Assembly: GCA_951406725.2 (NCBI GenBank)
Contig: OX597825.1
Span: forward strand, 59,706,001-59,770,000
Source of the DNA: Octopus vulgaris
Lineage: Eukaryota
Direction of reading: 5' to 3'
Length of the DNA stretch: 64,000 nucleotides
A model generated the notes under the pieces. The model ran no database searches. It worked only from the letters and a program-made list of their open reading frames with translations, and was not told where the DNA came from. Positions 12,005-27,270 of the stretch are shown piece by piece; the first letter of the stretch is position 1, and each line of letters begins with the position of its first letter. A program made the translations under genes and the position numbers.

Positions 12005-12790
12005 TGCTCTGCTGCCGCTGCTGCCGTTTGGCCGCCGCTGCCGCTGCCGCTCCCGCCGCTGCCGCTCCCTCCCGCCGCTGCCGCTGCCGCTCCCGCCGCT
12101 GCCGCTGCCGCTCCTGCCGCTGCCGCTGCCGCTCCCGCCGCTGCCGCTCCCGCCGCTGCCGCTCCCGCTGCCGCTGCCGCTTCCGCTGCCGCTTCCGCCG
12201 CTGCCGCTCTCGCCGCTGCCGCTCCCGCCGCCGCCGCTGCCGCTCCCGCCGCTGCCGCTCCCGCCGCTGCCGCTCCGGCCCCTGCCGCTGCCGCCGCTGC
12301 CGCTCCCGCCGCTGCCGCTGCCGCTCCGCCGCTGCCGCTGCCGCTCCGCCGCTGCCGCTCCCGCTGCTGCCGCTCCCGCCGCTGCCGCTACCGCCGCTGC
12401 CGCTCCCGCCGCTGCCGCTCCCGCCGCTGCCGCTCCGCCGCTGCCGCTCCCGCCGCTGCCGCTCCCGCCGCTGCCGCTCCCGCCGCTACCGCCGCTTCCG
12501 CCGCTGCCGCTCCCGCCGCTGCCGCTCCCGTCGCTACCGCCGCTGCCTCCGCTGCCTCCGCTGCCGCCGCTGCCTCCGCTGCCGCCGCTGCCTCCGCTGC
12601 CGCCACTGCTGCTGCTTCTGCCGCTCCCGCTGCTGCCGCTCCCACTGCCTCCGCTGCCCCTGCCACCGCTGCCACCGCTGCCGCCCCTGCCGCCCCTGTC
12701 ACCGCCCCCACCAGTGCTACTTCTGGTGCTACCGTCACCCCCGTCGCCTCAGTCGGTGCCGCTGTGACCGTCAATATGGCCGCTGCCGTC
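12005..12790. repeat. GC-rich CCG/CTG/CTC trinucleotide-derived tract
   Basis: Direct reading; ccgctgccgctc-type units. Confidence 0.93.
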
Positions 12791-13439
12791 TCGAGTTTGC
12801 CATCGTCATTTTGACGTATTCCTAGTCTATCAGATGTTAGCATATGCAATGTGTGATATTGCTTTCCCGTATATACACCTTCACCGCACTCTGTTCCTTT
12901 CTCTCTCTTGTATAGTCTTATCTTTAAAATTCAGTAGTCTCAACCTTCTTCTGCTCTTTTCCATGTTGGTATATTTGGTTTTTTCCCGATACTTTTTCAT
13001 ATCCATTTCAACAAAACTGATCCCGTTTTACCCAGCATCTACCGTCTACTAACAATATGAAATAGATGTCGTATCGTCAACCTCAGTTCATTAAAGACAT
13101 ATAATATTAATTTTATTATACTATCCTATGTTTATTAATGACAGCTCTAATATATCTTTGCTGTGGCTGACCTAATGATATGTGAAACAAGTTTTGTAGT
13201 TATATCCTTGATACATCGATCTCATGCCAGCCTATTTTATATGCTATCTTCGGTTGACTAATAACTTATGCAAGTTTAATTACGGAACTATGCTCCTGTT
13301 TTTCTTAAATGTACATGACATTGAAATAACAACAATTGTAGTTAGGCTCAGGTAAATGGTAGAACAGACGTCTGCACACTTCTATCGATCATTCGCTTTA
13401 TGGATTCGTTGTTAACTTACCGACTCCGTTCTTTTATCT

Positions 13440-13805
13440 TTTACCATCTACATGTTTCAGTCATTAGACTGCGGCCATGTTGGGCGAAGGAGTTGAAGAA
13501 TTTTTGTCGAATGAATAGATCCTAGTATTTATTTTTGAAGCCTGATACTTATGCTATCGGTCTCTTTTGCCGAATCCTCAGACTACGTTGACATAAATAC
13601 ACCGATATCGATCGCCAAGCCATCGTGGGGGCAAACCAAACACACACGCGCGCTCACATGCACACACACACACACACACACACACACGCGCGCACATGTA
13701 TGACAGGCTTCTGTCCGTTTCCATCCAAATCCACTAAACGAAGGATTTGGTCGGCCCGCAGTGGGACCGAACTCAAAACCATGTGGTTGAATAGCAAGTT
13801 TCTTA
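13440..13805 (-). mobile_element. SINE group B, head truncated at the duplicated segment
   Basis: gtttcagtcattagactgcggccatg tail; gcagtgggaccgaactcaaaaccatgtggtt head remnant. Confidence 0.75.
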
Positions 13806-14023
13806 CATAGAGTTAGACATAAATGTACCGACAGAAGAAGTGTGCAACGATCTAATATACATTTCGTACACATAAATAACAATACACTAAAACACATATT
13901 TAATTCTTATGTTCCAGTACACGTATAGCTTTATGTATATAATCATATACAACCTCCTTGTACACACACACACATATATATATATACATATATACATATA
14001 TACATACATATATATATATATAT

Positions 14024-14054
<31 letters not shown>

Positions 14055-14062
14055 CATATATG

Positions 14063-14093
<31 letters not shown>

Positions 14094-14169
14094 ATATATA
14101 CGTATGCACGTGTGTATAGATATATATGTGTATGTAACTGTTATGTATGAAGTTTTATGAGTGTGAATA
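13805..14169 (+). repeat. Direct repeat copy 2 (partner 11265-11551)
   Basis: See copy 1. Confidence 0.9.
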
Positions 14170-14914
14170 TAGACGCCTGCGTCTATATGTAGTTATCTTT
14201 AAAAAAATTAAATATGTATAATTAATAAAAATAATTTTCATTTCAAAGCAATAATTCCTTCGTTTTGTTTCATTACCGCTTTGAAATAACAAATATTTCA
14301 GGAAATTTAATGAAAATACTTAAGGAATAATAAATTTTCATTGAAATTATATTAGTATAATCTGAATATTTAATGTGAAATACGTGTTTGGTGAATACTA
14401 CTTAATGCTTCGATATTTGGCTGCAAATTGTAAATTAGAGTAAATTCAAAATTTTCAGACATCCGAAACCACTCTACTGGAAATGGGTAATAAATGTGAA
14501 TTAGTATTGAGTGTCTTTAGTACGAAGTCTTCATTAAAAGCGTGCCCCTGTCCTTAATTGTCTTGTCAATCAGCCAGTTGGCGTTGCATGTTTACTTGAT
14601 GTTTGCCAAAGATGTAATATATATCAAGGCATGATGAATTTCAATATTGTGCTCAAGTTTGACCTTTTTAAAGAGAATCTTATGGTGAAGAAATGAGCCG
14701 CAAAGAATTCAGCATTCTTAATGCTCAAAATTATTTCAGGAGTTTACAAACCTCTTGGATAGCCATAGAACCCCGCAGAGGGTCAGTACTGACCATTTCT
14801 CCAATTCACGTTGTAGACTTATTGCATTGCTCGGTTTAACATCACCTCATATTTGGTTGCCTTCAGTGGAGTCCACTCTTTTACAAAAAAGCGCCATTTC
14901 TGCTCTAGCAAATA

Positions 14915-15505
14915 TTCTTTTCTACTCTAGGCACAACGCCCGAAATTTTGGGGGAGGGGGCCAGTCGATTAGATCGACCCCAGTACGCAACTAGTACTAA
15001 ATTTATCGACCGCGAAAGGATGAAATACAAAGGCGGAATTTGAACTCAGAACATAAAGACAGACGAAATACCGCTAAGCATTTCGCCCGGTGTGCTAACG
15101 TTTCTTATTTCTTATTTCTTTATTGCCCACATGGAGCTAAACATAGAGGGAACAAACAAGAACAGACATAGGGATGAAGGCGATTACATCGACCCCAGAG
15201 CGTAACTGGTACTTAATTTATCGACCCCGAAAGGAGGAAAGGCAAAGTCGACGTCGGCGGAATTTGAACTCAGAACGTAAAGCAGACGAAATACCTATTT
15301 CTTTACTACCCACAAGGGGCTAAACATACAGAGAATAAACAAGGACAGAAAAACGGATTAAGTCGATTATATCGACTCCAGTGCGTAACTGCTACTTAGT
15401 TTATCGACCCCGAAAGGATGAAAGGCAAAGAGGACCTCGGCGGAATTTGAACTCAGTATACGGCTACTCATTTCGCCCGGTGTGCTAACGATTCTGCCAG
15501 CTCGC
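14915..15505 (-). mobile_element. Tandem array of three SINE group A units
   Basis: Three successive tttatcgacc..gaaagga..ggcggaatttgaactcag blocks; only the last unit keeps the full head (ctgccagctcgc). Confidence 0.85.
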
Positions 15506-15886
15506 TGGCTTGGCTCTTATAAATATTGACAATAACTTGTAAATGCTTGCTGTATGTTTCAAGAATTTCTCCTGATCTTTATAGAATTTCAGCTTTTCAA
15601 GTAGATATTGCACATTCAGTCGTAAATACATATAAGATGAAATAAGAAATATTTGTGAAAAAAATTCAATGTATTTAATGCAAGCTAAATGCAAGTTGAA
15701 ATAAGAGAGTCTGAAATATTGTTTATACAAGAAATTTCAAGAAATTTCATAAAATATACCATTCCTTCAGTCACAAAAAAAACGTAATTTTCCCCAAATA
15801 CAAATATCAAAAGAAAAATTACTTAGAATCAAACATTAAAAATATCATGACAAAAGACACACAAAACAAGAAATAAGAAGTATAAG

Positions 15887-16745
<859 letters not shown>

Positions 16746-17063
16746 TTTACGTAACGATTCTCTTTCTGTGCTTCATTCTCCTCTTACCCTCGCTCTTCAG
16801 AATTTCTGATATAAATATATAGAAATGAGTAGGTTTTGTGATTTGAAGTTAATTAGACACTATAATTTCTAGTAGTTCGAATGACTCTGTTCTCGTTTCG
16901 TCATTCTCTTATTTTCCTTACGGGAATACTTAAATTGGTATCAACCAAGCACTGCAATTAAGTCATCCAACATTTTTTTACTTTACAGAAATTGAGTAAT
17001 GTGCCCACTTTAGATATCATAATCTTCACCGTTAACCTCATCAAGTTGTTTATGGTCATCGGG

Positions 17064-17190
17064 TCTTCTTCTTCTTCTTCTTCTTCTTCTTCTTCTTCTT
17101 CTTCTTCTTCTTCTTCTTCTTCTTCTTCTTCTTCTTCTTCTTCTTCATATTCTTCTACTACTCCTTCTTTTTCTTTTCTTCTTCTTCTTC
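17064..17190. repeat. (CTT)n microsatellite
   Basis: Direct reading. Confidence 0.95.
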
Positions 17191-17253
17191 TCGTTATCAT
17201 TCGCATCATCGTAATCGTTACCAGTTGAGTTGAGCACTGAGGCAAAGTAATCC

Positions 17254-17358
17254 GCATATCTGAGGATTAAAACACCTTAGCATGTACGGAACAGTTTTTA
17301 TTGAAAAGATATCATAATCTTTTGGTAGTTCTGATCAGTTACGTGTGAGTGTATATGC

Positions 17359-17391
<33 letters not shown>

Positions 17392-17442
17392 TAGGTCTAT
17401 TCATGCATACACATATACGCATTCATATATATTATATGAATA
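17254..17442 (-). repeat. Inverted repeat copy 2 (partner 11550-11726)
   Basis: See copy 1. Confidence 0.92.
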
Positions 17443-17477
17443 ACAAAATTGCTGGTGTTGTGCCAAAATTTGAAATC

Positions 17478-17548
<71 letters not shown>

Positions 17549-18110
17549 CAGCGCTTTATGTTCTGTGGTCAAATTCCGTCGAGGTCGACTTTTCCTCTCG
17601 CCATTTTCGGTTCGTTGAGTACTGGTTTCGATGTGATCTAGCAACCTCTCCTATTATAATTTGAAGTCATAAATAGCGGAAGGCTGGTTGTATCGTTAGC
17701 GCATCCGAGAAAATGCCTGACAAAATTTCTTCCGACTGTTTATTTCCCGAGTTCAAATCATCTCGAGGTTACCTTTAACTCTCATCCTTTCGGGTCGATA
17801 ACATATGTTACTAGTCATGCACAAGAAACTATGTAATCGACCAACTCCCTCCTCATAACATTGCTGGCCTGGTGTCAAAATTAAAATTATTGATATTATT
17901 GTCGTTGGCGCGTTGCATAATATGCTTAGCGGTGTTTCTCTCCGGTTTCTACGTTCTAATTTCAAATACCAGTGGGGTCGGTCACCTTTGCCTTTCATGC
18001 TTTCGGAATAAAAAAAATAGTTCTGGCCAAATAATGGAATCGATGATGTCGATAGAAAGTCATGCCTCTCTCTCAAAAATATTACCATTGTGCCTCAATT
18101 AAATACCATT
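17549..18110 (+). mobile_element. Cluster of degraded SINE group A fragments
   Basis: gtcaaattccgtcgaggtcgacttt; gagttcaaatc..ctcatcctttcgggtcgataa; ctttgcctttcatgctttcgg. Confidence 0.65.
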
Positions 18111-18689
18111 ATGATTTAAATTTTAACTTATCTTCCTGCCAAAAGAAAAACTGTCGTACCCTCTCTGTCAAGTATGAAAAATCAACGCAACAGCACAGAA
18201 AGACAGCTTAACATAAAAATTTAATTACATAGCAAGTTTTGGATGGAATCCGCGAGGAGAATCATTGATTCATATAAGAACACAACAGTAACTTCCACAT
18301 TTCAAATAAGAAAGTTGTTAGCTATGTGCTACCATTCTACAATAGGATAATCTACGGTCAATTAAACTTTACTCCAATATCTCTAAGAAACATTCCTGAC
18401 CGTTTGCTGACATATAAAAGCATCAATGATTTTATGTCAGCGTTTATCTCCAGTTTCATACAGCATGAAGTCAGTGATATGACTTCTATAGTTATTAGCC
18501 TTATGTCTTGGGTGATCTTATGATCTCAGTACAATAATGTCTGTCTGAATTATATATGGTGTTTTGTTGTAGGCAATGCAAGCTACTGCATAACACCCTC
18601 ATTTATATGTATATGTACGTGTATGTATATGCATATTTTATACAGACATGTATTTGTATATGTACATGTATATGTATATGTATCTATAA

Positions 18690-18729
<40 letters not shown>

Positions 18730-18776
18730 ACACACAAATATACTCAAAAGCACACACACCTAAGCAAGATCACTCA

Positions 18777-18874
<98 letters not shown>

Positions 18875-19387
18875 CAATATGCTTCTTTCATGTATGTGTC
18901 TATATACTTATTCCTATATATAATTATATTGTGGGATCAGATTTAAATTGCACAGCAAATGATCGGTACACTCATATACATACTTAGGTAAATAAAACAT
19001 TCTTAAAAATAACATGCAATAAAAAGAAAAATTCTGCTTGTATATATGATGCAAGAAAAAGCTTCTGTAATGTGAAATAATTCATACCATTATTCGACAG
19101 AATTGCAGTTAAGTAGATCAGTTGAAATACAATATCAGAAGTGAAATAGAACATTTAGCAATACAATATCGTTAACGAAGATTAGCCATCATCCACAAGA
19201 GATTATGAAAGGTAAATAATCACTTGTATCTCTCCCTTTCATTTGTTATCTCTCTCTCTCTCACTCTCTGTCCCTATTCTTCTTCCTATTCATGTTGTCC
19301 GTTTAAGTAGACACTTGCCTTTCGTTTTTCCTTTGATATGTGTATGTATACACACACACATATATATATACATATATAAATATATAC

Positions 19388-19439
<52 letters not shown>

Positions 19440-19484
19440 GTATATATTTATATATTTATATACATATGTATATATATAGATATG

Positions 19485-19523
<39 letters not shown>

Positions 19524-22049
19524 ATATGTATGTATGTATATATTATATATACATCTATTTCCTATATGGCAACACGTTGCGCATGTCTCTTTTTTATATT
19601 AATTTTTGTATTCACACACACACATATATATATACATGTATATGAATTGAGTATTTATCTATCTGTCTATAACTATCTTTCTATTTAGTCACTAATTTTT
19701 TTTATATCGACATGAGATATTACATAACATTGTTCCCGTGTTCTAGACCGTATACTAGTATGCTGTGCAATAATTTTGATATAGACGTTTGTATAATCGT
19801 TCTTTACTATACGCTTATATCGCCTTGCTCCAGAAATCCAAATCTATCAGATAATACAGAATTCTCTAATGACTCTAAAATTAATAAATATAAGGATAAA
19901 CACACTCGTAAAAAATAACATAAATCCTCTGCCTTTCTATATAAATCTATGTAACCTTAATAAGGATATAATTCAGAATGTGGACTCTCAACTATACACC
20001 CATTACTCAAATACCAACATTCAAAAGAGCGGTCGTTAATCTGATGTTGAGATAATTAATAAACATCATATAGAAGATGATAAAACTGTAATCCTAGTTA
20101 ACAGAAATATTAAAGGAAATGAATACTAATGGCTCTTATCCTCGTAATCGTAACAACTCTTTACATATTTTTTAGAATCAACCCATATAAAGCGTAATAC
20201 ATGTGCATTTCACAAAAAAGACAATGGAGTAGAATCAAAAGATAACCAGAAAATTTTGATTCCATTTTAACTTGAGACACTTTTAAAAAACAATGTTTTA
20301 AGCTGTAACTCTAGGTGAGCTTCTAGTTGTCCCTTAAGAGACAATTGCTTAATACGCAATGTTATTTACAGGTGTTGCGTTATTACTGTCAATGATGTTC
20401 GTTATTATATAGCTGACTCATTTGAATATCGTTACATCATGAATACCTACAGCTTCAGGAATAAAATATGTAATTCTAATAGGCTGGCTAAATACATCTT
20501 TAAAGCTTAACGGGGATAATATAAAATATCTACACCGCATATAGGAAAGAATGCAGATTATACACTACAGAAGTTCTCCATATCTTAATAGGTAACAATA
20601 AGGTACGTTACTTAAAATAAAAGGAATGCTTCCTTTCGTGGAAACACAAACTACAAAAGTCATTTGAATTCCACAGTTTAATTCTACGTGGGTAAACAGT
20701 ATTTTAGTCGAATGCATTTTTTAAGCGACTCAGAACTACTGTATTATGTAAGCATATCCTCAGTATATGACTAAACAATTAAATATAGTTAATCTTTCGC
20801 TAAAAATGTCCCTTCTTTTATACATGGGTGAGGAGCTTTTTTTAAAAAAAATTAAAATATGATATAGGGAAGATAGTAGGCATTAAAAATAGTTTTGGGT
20901 TACATGTTATAAAAAAATAATGTATTCCAAAGATCGTTTCTGGGGTTCATTCATCCAAATAACAAATGAATCTTAAGATTCATTTTTCAGAAAATGTCTC
21001 CTTCATCGGGGAAAAAATTATATTTACGCTAGATATACGTTCAGTTATTTACCAAGGCATGTGATGCTTTTATAGAAGTGGTTATAGCTATGCAAATAAT
21101 GGAAGTCTTTATAAGGGCTGACAGGAGTAAAATTAGATTGCTTACTGTCTATCATAAATTTATATTTGTATTAGCGATATATTGTTATAAGTGGTAGGAT
21201 GTTCAGTTGTGTAACAGAAATTACTAGGGCTATAGCTAAGGGGATTCCGATTTAAATCGTCTCAGGAAAGTTGAGTAGTATCTATGGTTGCACGAGTGAA
21301 TAGCATCAGAAAACTTATTTCAAAAAATGTGAAATTATACATGCAAACGATAATGTATGATTCTTTTATCCGTAATCGTATTGTATGGTGAGATCTGATC
21401 TATAATAGACCAAAATAATATGTAATTAATACTGTGTAATTTTAAGTCATATCTAGCTAACGCTGGTGAGTTTTTATATTTTAACTTATTAAGAGAATTT
21501 AAATGTTTCGAAAGAAAATTATATATATATATATATATATATTTTCACCCTATATCTGTAATGACTATTTTACTCCCCTACGACAAAACCACGAATCTTT
21601 TTTTCGACAGTACTATTTTGTGACTCACGGGGTTAAAAATTCTGGAGGGAAATACGAATTCACTTGTCTATATAAATGTGGATATGCTGATTAGCTTTTA
21701 TATTTTTCGATGTCGCTTGATCGAAAATATAGGAGGTAAGTTTTCCTAGCATTTCTAGATTTACAGGAACATTATGTCGATAAAGGAAATGAGTCTTATG
21801 ATTCTAATCCAGAAACGTACGTCCATAATTAACCGAAGACTGTGTGATTTCATTATTTTTCTTCTTCTTTTTTGCCATATTTGAGTTACAAATATTGCTG
21901 TCTATGGAGACTTATTTTTGTAGTAAAAGGAAATAGTAGTCTTTTGGCTGCTATTTCTAAAATTTTCGGTATGTGGTTAAGCAACTTGTTGCAAAAAACC
22001 CTTATTATTATAATTATATATATATATATATGTACATACAAACACACAG

Positions 22050-22092
<43 letters not shown>

Positions 22093-22299
22093 CATAAAAT
22101 GTGATTAGGATGTTTCGATACTGAAATAATGAAAGGAAAAATGAACCATCGGATATAAGAGAATTGTTGATGATGTAGGTTTGGTGCGGTGTGATGTAGG
22201 TTTGGTCATGGTGGTAGTGGTAATGGTGCTTATCTTGTTAGCGTTTGTGTGTGGGTGGATGGAGACGGCAAGTTGTAAGACATGTGTTCACCAATACAC

Positions 22300-23465
22300 A
22301 ACCACAGCGAAAACCAGTATCATCACCATCACTGTCACCATTACCATCACTAACATCAACACTAACACTACCGCATAAACTACATTTTCTACTGTATCCT
22401 ACACTGTAACCAACCACCACCACCACCACCACCACTACTACTATCACCATAATGATGAGCACTAATATCAGGAATACTATTCTCACCAACAACAAAAACA
22501 ACAATGTTCAACACAGCAGCAACAACAACAACATTATCATCATCAAGGAGAGCAGTAGTAGCCACAACATTAAGAATGTCATCAGCAATAATAACAGCAG
22601 CAGCAGCAGCATCAATAAAAGTAATATCATTAACAGTAACTGCAACATCTTCCTCCACCTTCACTTCATCAAAGCAACATTAGTAACAAACTCAACAACA
22701 AACACAGGTACCTTCCAATCTGCCTTCCCCTTCCACCTCCCCATCTTCCTCCTCCTCCTTCACCTGTTCCCCTTCATTCACCTCCTCCTCCACCTCCTCT
22801 TCTTCATCATCATCATTACTGTCAATCACGACAACAAAAGCATCAACCACAACAACAACAACAACAACACGCGCAGTTGTGTTCTCACACTCACATCTTC
22901 TCTCTCCTCCTCGTCGTCGTCGTCATCATCATCATCATCATCATCATCATCACTTTCATTATCATCATAGTTCTCAACTACAATAGCAGTAGCAGCAACA
23001 GAAACTAAAACCCACAGTTACACCTACGCCCCTTCCTCCTCCCCATCTTCTCCACGTTCTTTCCTTCCTCTCCTTCTCCTTCCTCCTCCTCTCTTCCTCC
23101 TCCCCACCATCATCATCCTTATCCTCATTATCATGAACATCATCATCATAATGATCCCCTCCTCCTTCTCTTCCTCCTACACCACCACCCCGCCTCCTGT
23201 CATCATCATCATTATCATGATATACATCATCATGATCATGATCATCATCATCATTATCATCATCATCATCATCATCAACAATTACAAAATTTCAGCCACA
23301 ACAGCTACAGCAACAACAAGAGAAACGATATATATATCACAACAGCAACAGCGAGAACAACTTCTATGACGACAGCAGCAAAGCTGCAGCAGCAAAGTAA
23401 GCAGGAGAGCAGCAACAGCAACAACAACAATAACGAGAACAACAATAAGAGCAACAAGCAACATT
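22300..23465. repeat. Compound trinucleotide low-complexity region (CAC, CAA, CAT, CCT, CAG)
   Basis: Direct reading. Confidence 0.88.
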
Positions 23466-24228
23466 TATTTTTGTTCCATCTGTTTCCATTTTAAAATACA
23501 TTTACTACTATTTAGCAACAATCCGACAAAGAAGAATAAGGTAAATACAAAAAGAAAGAAAGAACGAAAGAAGGAAAGAAAGAACGAAAGATGGAAAGAA
23601 ACGAAACGAAACTGTACTGGATATCAGTATCATTTGATATATATGAAGTAAAGAATAACAAAACACAAAAAAAAAAAAGAGGAAAAAAAATAAACAATAA
23701 TGTAACAAAACACGAAAGAGAAAACGGAGAGCGAAAGGAGAAGAAGTAAGAAATGAAAGATAAGTGGAAAGAACCACAAATGAAAGCGAAAATAGTAAAG
23801 ACGAAAAAATACAGCCAAAAACCAGAGATGCACAAATGACATCTGCAAAAGTGGATAATTACAGTGGCTTTGTATATTTAATTGCTCTGTACTCAGTCTT
23901 TGTGATTCATATATTGTAAAAGTTCCGTAAAGAGACATGCATTCCGAAAAATGTTGTTGAGGTTAAAAATAACCTCGCTTCTTTTCTTTTGTTTTTGTTT
24001 TTTTTAATCTTTTTTTTTTTAAAGTTTTTTTTTGTTTTGTTTGTTTTTGATTAGTTTTCGATTGATTCTTTCTCATTCTCGTTCTCTGAACCTAGCCTGA
24101 ACTGAACATTTGGCGGTTGGAGATTGGTCGTAAGAATTGTTTTGTTGGAGGAAGAATTTTTTCTTGATTCTTATTTTTCTTGCTGTTTAAGACATGTATC
24201 ACTTAAAAGAAATGCAGCATCATATATG

Positions 24229-24350
<122 letters not shown>

Positions 24351-24390
24351 GTGTATATATGATATATATATATTAACATATATATATGTA

Positions 24391-24426
<36 letters not shown>

Positions 24427-24596
24427 TACATATATACATATATGTGTGTATATATACATACATATATATATATATACACATATATATATACATATATATA
24501 TAAGTGTATATATGATATATATATATTAACATATATATATGTATTCATATATATATATATATATATACATACATATATATATATGTGTGTATATAT

Positions 24597-24640
<44 letters not shown>

Positions 24641-25523
24641 GTATGAATGTATTTATATTGATCTGTATTAGTTACATAACATTCTTTATTACGAAAATCT
24701 AAACAGCATTGTGCACATACATTTGTGTGTGTATATATATATATATGCGTGTGTGCGTGTTTGTGTGTGTGTGTGTTTGAGTATGTTTGTGTGTTTGTGT
24801 ATGTAAGACTGTTTGTACATGTGAGTTTGCAGTTGTGATTAGAGCTCGAATAAGAGGTTCTGGTTAAAATTACGAAAGCAGAAGAACCGCCATATTTTTT
24901 TTAACGTAGCCTTTTTACTTTAAAGTCGACATTTATGAATACACCTACATTTTCAATATATTTCGTTTCAAAACAGTAGGATGTGGAAAGTTGATATTCT
25001 GAGATACTAATGGAAACCTTCGTTTCTTTTGACATTTAGGTAGAATTCTTTCTTGGTAGATTATGGATAATTTGCTAAAACACGCAGACATACACACAAA
25101 CACACAGACAAAACACAGAAGCACACACAGGCATGCGCGCACACACACACACACGCACACACAGAAACACACACTTATGTATATATAATGCATATATGTT
25201 TGTTTGCTATAATGATATTTTATAGAATATAACGACGCTACTTTTTTTTAGTTTTTCAGACAACACTCAGTATTAGAAGTCTTGTACACAATTCGTTTGT
25301 AAAATATGTGTGTGGAAAGATAAATGGGGAAAAGCAGTTGCATGAACGTTTCGATAATTTTTGGAGTCAATCGTCCAAGCAAACATTTCACTCACGAATT
25401 GTTTTGCCATCATCGTAATGCACATTTCTCGATAAATAGAACTTATAGATGTGTTTTATAGTACATTAAAGCAACGAAGTGAAACCTCGGAAATAAGTCA
25501 GTTACACACGCACACACACGTGT

Positions 25524-25554
<31 letters not shown>

Positions 25555-25559
25555 CATTT

Positions 25560-25777
25560 GCGAGGGGTGCTGAAAAGTTTCTATCTTTAAGGATTTCGCA
25601 AGAGGCCTAGTTGGAGGCTCAAACTGCCGAGTTCTTTTAGAAGACTTAAAAAAAACTGAAGAACCGCAGCTATAAGGGTATGAACCTGAAAGGGGAATAT
25701 GTTGTATAAAAACATAATTAACCGATTCTTCTGTATTTCCGCTCACCCAAAGCCAGGAACTTTTCAGCACCCCTCGT
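25560..25777. mobile_element. Mariner-derived MITE
   Basis: TIRs cgaggggtgctgaaaagtt (25561) and aacttttcagcacccctcg (to 25776). Confidence 0.85.
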
Positions 25778-27052
25778 CCGTCGTGTACCCAAAAGAAACC
25801 AGAATTTTGCTATTTAATTTTATTCACTCGGTAGTTTTGATCTGTTTGAGAGACGCAGTAGCGAAGTGGACAGTGGTGGTTTCATCACCACAATGCGCCT
25901 GCGCACACTTCTTCACTTGATTATGCTATTATCGCCATCAAAGTATTCTCTACTGGAAGCAATGCCTCGACGCAGAAGCGTTTGAAGCAGTCCTAGAACT
26001 CTTGTGAAGTGATGCCTTTTAACGCCTCCGTCGTATTTTTCTTCACATCTTCTACATCTGCAAACGGCTTTCCTTTAAGACCTTTTTTTCATTCGGGGGA
26101 ACAAAAAAGAAAAGTTGTATGGAACATGATCGGGTTAATAAAGAGGGTGGGTAAGCGTGGTCGTGTTATTTTTGGTCAAACCTCCCAGAACTGCAAACTA
26201 GAATATCTGGTTAACAGTTTAACCAGGAAGAAAAAATTTGTGTGTGGATAATTTCTTTCGCATCGATAAAACAAATCAACATTGTCTTCATATTGGACTT
26301 GACTTAACGCACTTTTTGGGAGTGTAGTGACATTGAATGCTTCCACTGACGATTGCTGCTTTGTTTGCAGGTTTTAGCTGTACCACTACCATTTGTCACC
26401 AGTGATGTCATTAGAAAATCGATTCGGATCAACTTCCAACTGTTCCGTCAGTTTACGACACGCATTTAGTCGCGACTGCTTTTGATCTTCCATGAGAAAG
26501 TGACGCAGAAATTTTGTTGCAACTCTTTTCATTTGTAATTTCATTTGTAATTCCTCGCTCAGAATTCGTTGATAGGAACTAACTCCAGCGTATACCAAGC
26601 ATAGCAACAAGTTTGTAAATTCCTGAATTTTCATGATGTTTTCGTTCATTCGGGAGATCGACGGTCGCCCTGAACGAGGTAGGTTTTCAGGTGACAAGTG
26701 ACCATTCCTAAAGCGTGGAAACCACTCGTAAAATTGTGTTTTGTTCATGTCAGCGCTTTATAATCTGTTTGAAGCATGACAACTGTTTCGGACGCCGTAA
26801 TCCCCAGCAGAAAAGAGAACGGAATTTCACGGGAGCCTGATCTCCCTTCCTTTCAACCATCGCAAAAATCGACGAACAGAGACGTACTGTCAAAAACAGA
26901 TGCACCACATTGCAGTACGACCACGAACGACGACGCTGGTTGGCCTACTGATGCTTGACTATCACATGAAGTGGTTTCTAGCGGCGAAAGCGTGAACAAC
27001 AACGAGCTTGTCCCACAGAGAACGTTTCCGGTAACTTGTGGGTACCCCTCGT

Positions 27053-27053
<1 letters not shown>
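25778..27053 (-). mobile_element. Decayed full-length (~1.28 kb) mariner transposon
   Basis: Minus-strand transposase pieces FYEWFPRFRNG..PRSGRPS, ILSEELQMKRVATKF, ITGDKW, HPLY*PD, FPRMKK..KPFADVEDVK; imperfect TIRs gtacccaaaagaaaccagaa / ttccggtaacttgtgggtacccctcgta. Confidence 0.85.
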
Positions 27054-27104
<51 letters not shown>

Positions 27105-27105
27105 C

Positions 27106-27270
27106 TGTAAAATAATTATGTGACAATTATTCAATAGCTAATAAAACTTTTATCTTTTATCTTGGCTGTTGAATAATTGAATAATTGTCACATATTATTT
27201 TACACATAAATTTCCTTTATTTACATAATATTGAGGTCTCTTTCTTTCTTTTGTTATCTTAACGTTTTTA

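Noticed and set aside
11964-12849. Pro-Leu, Arg-Cys and Ala-rich ORFs
   Set aside because: Translations of the CCG/CTG repeat
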